A stretch of DNA of 64,000 nt from Octopus sinensis (lineage: Eukaryota), in contig NC_043024.1 of assembly GCF_006345805.1 (NCBI RefSeq), forward strand, positions 17,236,001 through 17,300,000, given 5' to 3'. A model generated the notes under the pieces. It was not told the origin of the DNA and searched no databases. It saw only the letters and a program-made list of their open reading frames with translations. Below are positions 52,115-63,467 of this stretch, in pieces. Made by a program: the position numbers and the translations under genes. Numbering within the stretch: the stretch's first letter is position 1; the number at the start of each line of letters is the position of its first letter.

Positions 52115-52351
52115 TTCTTTTATTCATTTACTTGTTTTTCAGTCATTTGACTGCAGCCATGCTGGAGCACTAACTTAAAGGGTTTTTTATTCTAAGAAAT
52201 CAACCCCAGCAACTTATTCTTTCTAAGCCTAGTACTTATTCTATCAGTCACTTTCACTGAACTGCTAAGTTACAGGGACATAAAAACGCCGTCAACAGTT
52301 GTCAAGTGATGGTTGGGGCACAAACAGACATAAAGGCACATATATATATAT

Positions 52352-52386
<35 letters not shown>

Positions 52387-52940
52387 CATCATCTGTTGTC
52401 CATGCTGGCATGGGTTGGATGGTTTGACCAGGGCTGGTAAGCTCAGGGGCTGCACCAGATTCCAGTCTGATTTGGCATGGTTTCTACAGCTGGATGCCTT
52501 TCCAAATGCCAACCACTCCACAGAGTGTACCAAGTGCTTTTACATGCCACTGGCACGAGTGCCAGCTACATGACACCAGTATCTGCCACGACTATGATTT
52601 CACTCAGCTAAATGGATCTTCCTTCTCAAACACAATATATTGTCAAATGTCTCAGTCATATATACAACAGGCTTCTTTCAGTTTCCATCTGCCAAATCCA
52701 CTCACAAGGTTTTGGTCGGCCTGAGGCTATAGTAGAAGACACTTGCCCAAGGTATCATGCAGTGGGACTGAACTTGAAACCATGTGGTTGGGAAGCAAGC
52801 TACTTACTGTACAGTGTTTGACAGACTTCTTTCAGTTTCTGTCAATCAAATCCACTCATAAGCGTTAGGTTAGCCTGAGGCTATGGTAGAAGACACTTGC
52901 CCAAAGTGCCATGCAGTGGGATTGAACCTGGAACCATGTG
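52115..52940 (-). mobile_element. SINE-A split by a SINE-C (52385-52640), plus a second SINE-A head
   Basis: A tail 52115-52335, C body, A heads at 52663 and 52820. Confidence 0.8.
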
Positions 52941-53137
52941 ATGATGTGCAATAAATTATGAATCAGAAAAACTGAAATAAATTTAGATATTAGAAGGAAT
53001 AGAGAATAGCTGTGAAAGAATTAGGAATATAAGCATATTCCTTTTACGGTGTTTACATGTAAAGAAAAGGTGGAGGGGAGTCAGTGTCTGTCTGTCAGTC
53101 CACTTATCTGTCTGTCTATCTATCTGTGTGTCCCAAT

Positions 53138-53350
53138 CTTTTCTACTCTAGGCACAGGGCCCGGAATTTTGGAAGAGGCAGGGACCATTCGATTAGATCG
53201 ACTCCAGTATGCAACTGGTACTTAATTTATCGACCCTGAAAGGATGAAAGGCAAAGTCGACCTTGGTGGAATTTGAACTCAGGACGTAAAGACAGACGAA
53301 ATACCGCTATGTATTTTACTCGACATGCTAACGATTCTGCCAGCTTTCCG
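53138..53350 (-). mobile_element. SINE-M
   Basis: Reverse-complement tail, Meta domain and head. Confidence 0.9.
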
Positions 53351-54207
53351 CCTTTCTATGTGTCTCATAATATGATGGTGATGATAAGGAAAAAGAGAAA
53401 AAGGAAGCAGGAGATAATTATGATGTTGGTGGTGGTGGCAGTGGTGGTGGTTGTTTTGTTGATGATGGTGGTAATGGCCAGGGCAAGGTAGTGGCAGTGG
53501 TTCTGAAAACAATTAACATTTGATTCAGTCTCATTTCCTTTTTGCTCTCCAATTTCTTTTATCAATATTTTTTTCTTCTATTTTCCTTCTCAGATCACAT
53601 GCACATTCCCCTCACACCCACCCCATTATATACAGATATAAGTGTATGTATATGTGTATATATGTGTGTGTGTATGTGTTGATGTATCTATCTTTGTATT
53701 ACCTATTTATGTGTCTATCTATCTATATCTATCTATGTGTATATATATGTGTGTGTGCGTGTGTGTGTGTGTGTATATATATATATAGAAACACACATAT
53801 ATACATACATATATATATATGTATGTATATGTATATATGTGTATATATATGTACGTATGTGTGTGTATATTTATATATGTGTGTGTGTGTATGTATATGT
53901 ATACATGTGTATACACACCTGCATATATATGCATTTACATACATACATATATACAAACATAAGCATTAGTAAAAATGGAAAATGAAATTTATTCTGGCCA
54001 TTTCACTGATTGGGATGTTTGCAATAATTAGAAAAGTCTTCTTAGAGTGCAGCAGATGCTGAAAGACAATTTCCATTTTAATTACAGGTACTATCCAGGT
54101 GATGTTGGTGTCATAGAAATTGGATTAATTTTCTATTGAGTATTTCTGGTGAAGACATATTTGTGAATATTGCCGTATGCTTGTGTATATATGTAGATAT
54201 ATATATA

Positions 54208-54613
54208 TCTCTTTCTCTTTTACTTGTTTCAGTCATTTGACTGTGGCCATGCTGGAGCACCGCCTTTAATCAAGCAACTCGACCCCGGGACTTATTCTTT
54301 TGTAAGCCCACTACTTATTCTATCGGTCTCTTTTGCCGTACCGCTAAGTTACGGGGACATAAACACACCAACATCGGTTGTCAAGCAATGCTAGGGAGAC
54401 AAACACAGACACACAAACACACACACATACATATATATATACATATATACGACAGACTTCTTTCAGTTTCCGTCTACCAAACCCACTCACAAGGCTTTGG
54501 TCGGCCTGAGGCTATAGTAGAAGACACTTGCCCAAGGTGCCACGCAGTGGGACTGAACCCGGAACCATGTGGTTGGTAAACAAGCTACTTACCACACAGC
54601 CACTCCTGCGCCT
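54208..54613 (-). mobile_element. SINE-A, full length
   Basis: Family motifs. Confidence 0.9.
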
Positions 54614-54689
54614 ATGCGTAGTTATACTTAAAAATATAGGTAAATATAAGTGAATATGTGTGTATATATATATCTACACACATATATGT

Positions 54690-55020
54690 TTCAATCATTG
54701 GACTATGGCCATGCTGGGGCACCATCTTGAAGAATTTTTAGTCAAATGAATTGACTTTAGCACTTATTTTATTGGTGTCTCTTCCTGAACTGCTAAGTTA
54801 CAGGGACATAAACAAACCAACACTGGTTGTCAAGCAGTGGTGGTGGGGAACAGAGACACACACACACACACACATAAGTATACGATGGGTTTCTTGCAGT
54901 TTCTGTCTACAAAATCCACTCACGGAGCTTTGGTTGGCCTGAGGCTATAGTAAGACACTTGCCAGAGGTGTCACACAGTGGGATTGAACTTCGAACCATG
55001 TGATTGGGAAGCAAGCTTCT
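54690..55020 (-). mobile_element. Degenerate SINE-A
   Basis: Family motifs. Confidence 0.75.
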
Positions 55021-55036
55021 GTAATATATATATATA

Positions 55037-55299
55037 TACATACATATAAGTGGGATGGCCACTAAGTGGACATCCAATATGCTAGATGTAGACCCCATAT
55101 GATCTGACCTCTAAGAAAAGATTATTCTCAAGAAAATTCAGCAAAACACCAGAATGTAAGCAAGCAAGACAAATGAAAAGATAAAAAATATAGTGATTAG
55201 TCACATACCAGGTTTCATTTTTTAGTGATTAGACCATATGGGGTTTACCTCTAGTATATTGGATGTCCACTTAGTGGCCATCCCTCTTATATGTATGTA
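55037..55299. mobile_element. MITE with ~78-bp TIRs, superfamily unresolved
   Basis: GGGATGGCCACTAAGTGGACATCCAATAT perfect 29-bp core in both arms; second copy at 57269. Confidence 0.85.
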
Positions 55300-55383
55300 A
55301 TGTAATTTTTCTTAATCTTCAGATTTTTTCAATATGCTAGGCCACTTGTTTAAATTGATATTCAATTTTTTTACCTTTATATT

Positions 55384-55441
<58 letters not shown>

Positions 55442-55890
55442 AGGTTATGAGAGGTAATGGTTTTTTTTTGTAAATTTCAATGATACACACCCAAAGGTAT
55501 CAGGTAATGCTAAGTGCTATGGACATGTTCGGTGATTATGCAAATGAGGAGTCCGACATAGGTCATATACCAGCATGTGCATATATAAAATTTAACAGAA
55601 TGAGATTAAAAAATTAACAACAGCTTTGGATTTTTATTTCATTCTGTTAATTTATATTTATATATATATAGTAAAATAAGGATTTAGATAGAATCAGGTA
55701 CTTGAAAAGGTATGCACCAGGTAGGGCTGGATAAACCTGTGGTTCTGGCCTATGATTGTTAAGTATCAAATATGATATCCCGGTTAGCACCTAGGGGCTG
55801 ATCCAAAGCATGCATTACATTGAATTTTACATTGTTTGTATACTTTAGGATGTCCGACAAGTCATAAATCCCTTTGGTGTATTATATGAG

Positions 55891-55980
55891 ATGGATAAGT
55901 GTGAGCTCATTACAGCTGTTTCTAATGCATTTAATAAAAAATGCGTAAAAAACAGCTGTAATGAGCTGACTATTATCCAT
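55891..55980. repeat. 90-nt hairpin
   Basis: 41-nt arms, 6 mismatches, perfect AGCTCATTACAGCTGTTT core, AATAAA in the loop. Confidence 0.9.
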
Positions 55981-56600
55981 CATCTGTTATTATTCATTTG
56001 AGTATATAATATGATTGATTGCTAAATCCACAAGTTTTTTTTATTCTCACTTTATTTCCTTGTGTTCCTTTTTCTTGAAGAGTGTAAGTTCTAAATGTAA
56101 AAGACTTTCTCACCTTCCCAAGCATCAAACTAATACACATGCTTGTTATTGACACACCTGTCTTTGTCTTTTGGTTTTTTGTAAATTTCAATGATACACA
56201 CACACACACAGCAGCAGCAGCAAAATATTCAGAAGCGAATATTTATAAGACATTAATATTGCTTTTATTATCGAAGACAATATAAATTGTTGATAATAAC
56301 AGAGACATTAATCTAGGCGGTTGCAGGCCTAGGAAATAGCCTTATATAGCTAAAGAAATAAAATTATATTAATCATAAGGACAAATTAAAGTGTCTACCT
56401 GCTAGAAATAAGAGTCAAAACCCTTATTTGGACCACCAGAGATACATGCTTTGTTTTCATCTCAAGTCATAATGAAAGTAATTTTACATTAAACCAAATG
56501 ATTACTCAATACTTTTTGTAGGGTACATATTTATTATTCTTTGAAGGCAATAATATTGACAGTGACTTTGAAGCTTTGGTCTGCTTAGCCTTCATCAGCC

Positions 56601-56641
56601 AGTCTGATGAAGGCTAAGTAGCCTGAAACTTCAAAGTCACT
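56601..56641 (+). ncRNA. Canonical minimal type-I hammerhead ribozyme
   Basis: AGU-CUGAUGA-AGGCU(AAGU)AGCCU-GAAA-CU(UCAA)AGUC|ACU: stem I 3 bp, stem II 5 bp, stem III 3 bp, GUC triplet, predicted cut after 56638. Confidence 0.75.
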
Positions 56642-57268
56642 ATCAACATTGTTATTGTTAAAGAATCACACACACACACACACACACACATGTACATATT
56701 GTGCCCTGTTCATCTTTGTCTCTTCCCTACTGCCTTCCTCCCTCTCTCACCAACCTACCCCTCTGTTGCTTTCTGTCACTCTGCCCTCCACCATTTTTTT
56801 CTTTACACTCCCTCTCCCATGTAGCCTCTGACCATTTGCATGCCTCTGTCCTTCTTTGTTTTTCACCTGACTATCAACTCGGTAAGTCAAACCTCTCCCC
56901 TCCTCCTCTACTTCCATTATGGTTTGTTCTTTTTGATGCTTGTTGTTTTTCTTTTTTGTTCTGCTCTTCCAGCTGTCCACTTTCCAGCCCTTTAGGACAT
57001 TCTCCATTGTGTTACCATACATATGTTATTATCCTAGGGATCTGCAGAACCTTTTGACAATGTATAGCAGGGAGGAATGTTTTAAAAAGTACCCAGCTGT
57101 GTTAAACAGTTTGGTAGATTTTTTTGTACACCATCAAACCATTCCTAACAGGAAAAAGTCAGTGAGTTGCTGCCAATGGTCACTCATCTGACATTTATAC
57201 AATTAATGTAGGCATACCCCAAGAATCTGTTCTGGGATTTATGTGACTAAATAATAAAACCTTTTATT

Positions 57269-57456
57269 GGACATCCAATATGCTGGATGTAGACCCCATA
57301 TGGTCTGACCACTAAAAAAAGATTGTTCTCAAGAAAATTCAGCAAAACACCAGCAAGACAAATGAAAAGATACAAAATATAATGATTGGTCTCATACCAG
57401 ATTTCATTTCTTAGTGGTCAGACTATATGGGGTCTACATTTAGCATATTGGATGTT
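57269..57456. mobile_element. Second copy of the 55037 MITE, outer ends missing
   Basis: Same internal sequence (ATTGTTCTCAAGAAAATTCAGCAAAACACCAG) and inner TIRs. Confidence 0.9.
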
Positions 57457-57506
57457 CTACCGTCATTTCCAAGAGTCTCACTTCTTCTGAACTTTCTTTG
57501 GCTTTC

Positions 57507-57695
57507 TCCTTTAGGATTTAAACCAGCCTTGTCCAACTCATATTGACCAGATCTGGCATCTAATACCTACCTTACGATGTCATTGTAAAACTAAGAAAGT
57601 ACATCATCAAATCTCAAAGCTACCAGATAATACATGATTAATGTTAAAAGATGTGAATGAATTACATTTTACAAAGTAGTATGAATGCTAAAGGA
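57507..57695. mobile_element. piggyBac-like MITE, degenerate
   Basis: TCCTTTAGGA ... TGCTAAAGGA|TTAA ends; TTAA retained on one side only. Confidence 0.5.
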
Positions 57696-58371
57696 TTAAT
57701 TGGCAATCTGCAATGAAGAAACAAATATCTTTTTGCATTTAATTCTTCTAAAACTACCATCATGAAATATCTAAACTCTCTCCCAATTTGATAAAGTCTC
57801 CTTACTTAGACATTTCAGTCTTAAATTTCCTTCTGATTCGAGATGGGACTTCTACAGTATTTGTGTTACCTGGATGGCGACATATGAAATATAAGGGTCC
57901 TGCTGTTTCTCACACCTGAGGTTCTGGTGTGTCTCTCCAAGAGCCACACACACAAACAAGATAGAAGACTGCTTAAACGTTTGGCTTGTTTCTCCTTTCA
58001 ATGTTTACTGTTCACTTTTGACTGAATACAGAATCACATTGCAATCAATGACAAATTCTTGTTATCCATCCATGAACTTCATTATTAGTAGAACAATGTT
58101 GCCATTCTGACTCTTTTTTTACTGTTATTTCTATGAACAAAGAGTAAAACTGTTTCAATCTAACAACAAATACTGGATGGTGAGAACATCTTAAAATTCC
58201 ATCATACTGATGACAAAATATACCATTTCTCTCCCATTATGGAATTATAATACTTTTGTCAAGGAATGCTTTCATGGGATTAGTGACAACTGAACAATTT
58301 AATGTTGTAGTGCACCTGAGACCTCTACACAATAAACTTGTTGTTGTTGTTGTTAATAATAATATAATCAA

Positions 58372-58830
58372 AAGGGCAGCGAGCTGATGGAATTGTTAGC
58401 ATGCCAGATGAAAATGCTTAGCTGTATTTTGTATCGTTACGTTCTGAGTTCAAATTCCACCAAGGTCAACTTTGCCTTTTGAAAGGATGAAAGGCAATTA
58501 AATAAGTACCAGTTACACACTGGGGTCGATGTAATTGACTTAATCCCCTTGTTTGTCCTCTCTATGTTTAGCCCCCTGTGGGCAATAAAGAAATAAATAA
58601 TATAATAATAATAATAATAATAATAATGATAAGGTGAGCTGGCAGAATCTTTAGCAAGCCAGGCAAAATGCTTAGTAACATTGTGCCCATCTTTATGTTC
58701 TGATTTCAAATTCTACTGAGATCAAATTTGCCTCTCATTCTTTTGGGGGTAGATGTAATCAAACACTGGGATCGATGTAATTGACCATCCCCCTCTGCCA
58801 ACCTTTGGCCTTGTGCCAAAAGTTGAAACT
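58372..58830 (+). mobile_element. Two SINE-M copies separated by (TAA)n
   Basis: Heads at 58372 and 58631. Confidence 0.8.
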
Positions 58831-58851
58831 GCTATTATTATTATTATTATT

Positions 58852-59276
58852 CAGTAGTTTTATTTTTATAGCGTGCTTTCACTTCACTACTGAGCGCAGC
58901 TCTGTGTGCCTTGGGTATGTGCTATGGTTTGTTGTGATGCTCTGATGGTTATTGTTTGGAAAGTGTTCTGCGTAGGATGTGTGCAGTGCCTAGTAGTGCA
59001 ATTTTCTGTATGTTATATGTGTTTGTAAGTCCTGGTGTTTTTGTTATGTATTTGTATGAATATTTTTTTATCATGCCCAATGCACCTACTATGATAGGAA
59101 TTGTTTCTGTTTTCAGATTCCACATTCTGGTTACCTCTATTTCCAGGTCTTTGTATTTTGAAAGTTTCTCCATTTCTTTTAGAGACACGTTGTCATCTGC
59201 CGGTATTGATACATCAATTAGAAAGCATTTTTTTTCTTCATGATCTCTGACAACTATATCTGGTCTGTTGGCCTTT
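58852..59276 (-). mobile_element. 5'-truncated R4/Dong-like LINE (restriction-like endonuclease end)
   Basis: RPDIVVRD..KCFLIDVS.P.D..VSLKEMEKLSKYKDLEIE..IPIIVGALG..QKIALLGTAHILRR; (TTA)n on both sides. Confidence 0.9.
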
Positions 59277-59439
59277 ATTATTATTGTTATTATTATTATT
59301 ATTATTATTTGAGGTGAACTCTCAGTTTATTTTGCTGGGTATGATGGAAAGTGTCAGCTGTTCACAGCCAGCAGACTAAGGTGACGCTTGTTTATTGGTG
59401 ATGCTTCAAGAATCCTATAAAGAATTCTTGCATTTGAAG

Positions 59440-59640
59440 CAATGCTGATTTTGTAGGTGTTCTACCTTCACACTTGCACCAATGTTGCAAGAATGATCCA
59501 TTGGGAGCTCTGTGGAAACCGCAACCTACAAAGGAAAAAGACATGGTATGAGCAAACTCCAGAAGGAGTCACTGAGAATGAGAATTGCAAAATCTTGTGG
59601 AGTGCAATGATCCAGTGCAATCACCAGACATCAGAAACTG
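59440..59640 (+). mobile_element. R4/Dong-like LINE internal fragment
   Basis: VARMIHWELC..WYEQTPEGVTENENCKILW. Confidence 0.8.
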
Positions 59641-59644
59641 GACA

Positions 59645-59980
59645 TTATTCATCATCATCATCCTCATTTAACGTCTGCTGTCCATGCTGGCATGGGCTGG
59701 ACAGTTTGACCAGGGCTATCAAGCTGGAAGGCTGCACCAGAGTCCAGTCTGATTTGGTATGGTTTCTATGGCTGGATGCCCTTCCTAACGTCAACCACTC
59801 CAAGAGTGTAATGGATGCTTTTATTTGCACCAGCAAGGGTACCATTTGCGTGACACTGATATCTGTCACAACTGCAATTTTACTGATACTGGTGTCACAC
59901 AAATTGCACCCATGCTGGTGGCACGTAAAAGCATCCATTACACTCTTGGAGTGGTTGGCATTAGGAAGGGCATCCAGTCA
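59645..59980 (-). mobile_element. SINE-C with an internal inverted core
   Basis: GGATGCCCTTCCTAACG at about 59774 and its reverse complement at about 59955. Confidence 0.75.
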
Positions 59981-59996
59981 TTATTATTATTATTAT

Positions 59997-60425
59997 TTTC
60001 TACTCTAGGCACAAGGCCTGAAACTTTTTAGGAGGAGGACAGTCAATGAGATCGACCCCAGTATGCAACTGGTACTTAATTTATCAACCCCGGAAGGATG
60101 AATGGGAAAATCAACCTCGGCAGAATTTGAACTCAGACGAAATACCGCTGAGCATTTTGCCTGGCATGCTAACGTTTCTGCCAGCTTGCTTTATTATTAT
60201 TATTATTATTACTACTACTACCACTACTACTACTACTGCCACCACCACCACCAAGGTGACAGGCTGGCAGAATTGTTAGCACACCAGACAAACTTCTTAG
60301 CACATTCTGAGTTCAAATGCCACCAAGGTCGACTTTACCTTTCATCATTTTGGGGTCAATAAAATAAGTAGCAGTTGAAAACTAAGGTCCCCAAAATTGC
60401 TGCCCTTGTGGCAAAATTTGAAACC
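59997..60425. mobile_element. Divergent pair of SINE-M (59997-60190 minus; 60254-60425 plus)
   Basis: Meta domains on opposite strands around a TTA/CTA/CCA spacer. Confidence 0.8.
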
Positions 60426-60494
60426 ATTGTTATTATTATCATCATTAAGGTGGCTGACAAAATCAGTGACATGCTGGCGAAATGCTTAACCACA

Positions 60495-61525
60495 TTATTT
60501 ACTGGTCACACTTCAAGAACCCTGCGAAGAACTCTTGCAGTTCCAAGCTATGATGACTTTTGTAGATGTTCTCTCTTTACATTTGCACCAATCTTTTTGA
60601 GCTATGTTTGTAGGTGAGTGCTGATGCTGCCAAGCAAGCTAATTACTAATGGTATCATGTTAACTTTCCTCATCGACCTCAACCTGTGTATTTCCCACTT
60701 CAAATCATCACAGTTGTTCAGTTTTCCTTTTTCTTTCTCTTTGATTTCTGTTGTCACTGGGATATGCTAAGTCAGTTATCATGCAAGTTCTTTCTTTTTT
60801 TGTCCACCACAACAATGTCAGACTTCCAAAGTCTTATCTGATGGTCTCACACTGAATTATTGCATCCCACAGGATTTTGCAGTCTTCATTCTCCCTTCTG
60901 GGATTTGGTCATACCATGTTTTTGCTCTTTCTACAGAGCTCCTAATGATTCATTCTTGTCACATTGTCATGTCATCTTTTGTATTTGTGTTGTGCCAATT
61001 TCGGACATTCACTAACAATATCCCAAACCATTTCATCCCTCTCACCACACATTCTACATTTGTCACTCACAGTTATGTTGTCAATCCTGCATTTCATATA
61101 GTTCTTCTTTGGCGCTTGTTCTTGTGCTGCACATAAAAGTGCTTCTGTTCCTACAGTCAGGTCATTCCTCCACATCCATAACCTTTGGTCTTCTCTATTT
61201 CTCTTGGCAATCGTATCTCTTCCAAACTGACTGCACACTTTTTTCTTTCTCTGTTATTTCTCTTTCTGTTTTTTTTTCCCCTCTTTTGAGATTTTCTTTC
61301 TTTACACAATTATCAATTTTCATGATGACGGACTTCTTCACATATTTCAGCAAAAGTTCCAGAACATTTTTTGCATACTACTCAATTTCCCTGCTTCAAC
61401 ACACTCCTGATAACTGATCAAACATTTCCCATTCTTTCTTCTGGACAAGTACAACCTGTTAATGTCACACTTGGAATGGAATACTCCATGTACAGTCAAT
61501 ATTTTCCATGTCTTCATATCCTTAC
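60495..61525 (-). mobile_element. Decayed R4/Dong-like LINE, 3' ~1 kb
   Basis: KILTVHGVFH..DINRLYLSR; TEALLCAAQEQA; CRMC..IVSECPKLAQ (zinc knuckle); endonuclease region follows. Confidence 0.9.
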
Positions 61526-61532
61526 TCACCAG

Positions 61533-61578
<46 letters not shown>

Positions 61579-61589
61579 TTATTAATCAG

Positions 61590-62285
61590 TAATCTTATTT
61601 TTATATCATTTTATCACTGCACTACAGAGTGCAGCTCTTGTGTGCCTTTGGTATGTACTGTAGTTTGTTGTGATACTTTTATTTTCATTGTATTGAAAGT
61701 GTTTTTCATCGGATGTGTGCAGTGCCTAGTAGTGCTATTTTCTGTATGTTATATATACTTATAGTGGAGGTGCAATGGCCCAGTGGTTAGAGCAGCAGAC
61801 ACGCGGTCGGACGATCATGGTTTTGATTCCCAGACCAGGCGTTGTGTGTGTTTATTGATCGAAAACACTGAAGTTCCACAAGGCTCTGGCAGGGGGTAGT
61901 GGTGATCCCTGTTGTACTCTTTCGACCCAAATTTCTCTCACTCTTTCTTCCTGTTTCTTGAGTAACAGGATGGACTGGCATCCTGTCCAGCTGGGGGGAA
62001 CACATACGCCATAGAAACTGGGCCCATGAGCCTGGCTAGGCTTGAAAAGGGCGCATAAAAAAATATATATACTTGTTAGTCCTGGTGTTTTTGCTATGTA
62101 TTTGTCTGAATATTTTTTTATCATACCTAATGCACCTACTTTAATAGGAACTGTTTCTGTTTTTAGATTTTACATTCAAGTTACCTCTATTTCCAGATCT
62201 TTGTATTTTGAAAGTTTCTCCATTTTTTTTCAAGAAACATTCTCATCTCTTCGTATTGATGCATTGATTAGAATGCATTTAGCAA
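61590..62285 (-). mobile_element. R4/Dong-like 3' end interrupted by SINE-B
   Basis: Sequence parallels 58852-59230. Confidence 0.85.
61765..62064 (+). mobile_element. SINE-B (tail type 2)
   Basis: Same head as 50945; 10-bp TSD ATATATACTT (61751-61760, 62065-62074). Confidence 0.95.
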
Positions 62286-62925
62286 AATTCTTTTTTTATC
62301 ATTATTATTACTCTTGTCTTCTATAATTAAACCTCTTCACAAATATTTAACATTTGTCCCAATAACAAACTAATTAGTCAGTTTAATTTAAATGTCATGA
62401 ACACAGAGTCAATAAAATAAAGGACCAGACAAGTACTGGCTGTGGTGAGGGTTGATGTACCTGACTAAAGCCCCGCCCCCTCCCACCACCACCTTCCTTC
62501 ACAGTTGCTTGATTTGACCTCCATTTCTTCATTTTACTCTTCCCTCAACTGCAATTTTATTTCTTCTTCCTTTTCTCTTTCCCTCTTACTCCACCTTTGC
62601 CACCATCGCCATCATCATGATCATCACCATCACCTTCATCATCACCACCACCTCCACTATCAACCTCATCACTGTCACCGCCACCCACATAACACAACCA
62701 CCACCATTACCAGCACTATCGTCATCATCATCATCACCGCTGCCACCACCACAATCACCACCACACAGCCAACACCATCACGACGACTGCCACCACCACC
62801 ATCACCACAACCACCACCAATATCACACTTACCTTTAAGCTACAATATGAAGAAACATCAAACCTCCTTGAATTTCATTGGTTATCTTTTGATTGAAGAC
62901 ATTTCATTAACCATTGGCAACTCAC

Positions 62926-63231
62926 CTGTAAACTGACTCTCAGTGAAAATGTAGCTCACATCTTTTACATCATCATCATCCTAGACCACATCATCATCCT
63001 CACCATTGACATCATCATCATCATGAGTAGAAGCGGCAGCAACGTTTACAGTTTTAACTCTTCCACCTAAACTAAATGCAAACACTTTGCCTTTGTTGTT
63101 GGTCTTGTTGTTGTTGCCCTCCATTCTTCTTCTTCTTCCCCCTCCTGCAGCTGCTGCTGCTGTTGCTGCTACTGATGCTGGTGTTGCTGCTATTGCTACT
63201 GCTGCTACTACTACTACTACTACTACTACTA
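62926..63231 (-). other. Candidate 306-nt phase 1-1 exon with one in-frame TAG
   Basis: tttccttctag acceptor, CAG|gtgagt donor; low-complexity A/V/N/D-rich translation. Confidence 0.2.
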
Positions 63232-63467
63232 CTAGAAGGAAATTCTAATTCCAAGATGGTGGGTTAAATGCTCCATCAAAAGAGAGATGAGGGTGTTGAA
63301 TTATTCTCAAGAGGTGGGAAGCAATGATGCTGAGCCAGCTTGGGAGCAAAGGTGAAATGTAAAAAGATTTGGGCCTCAACATAACCAACAAATTAGCTTC
63401 CTCAGGGGCCATTCAAATGTACATATCCCCCACCTTGCCCCACCACACCAAACACCTCTTTTGTTTC

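Noticed and set aside
62926-62960. SYIFTESQFT resembling T-box TFxFPETxF
   Set aside because: Upstream sequence is poly-Asp, and no VTAYQN exon follows.
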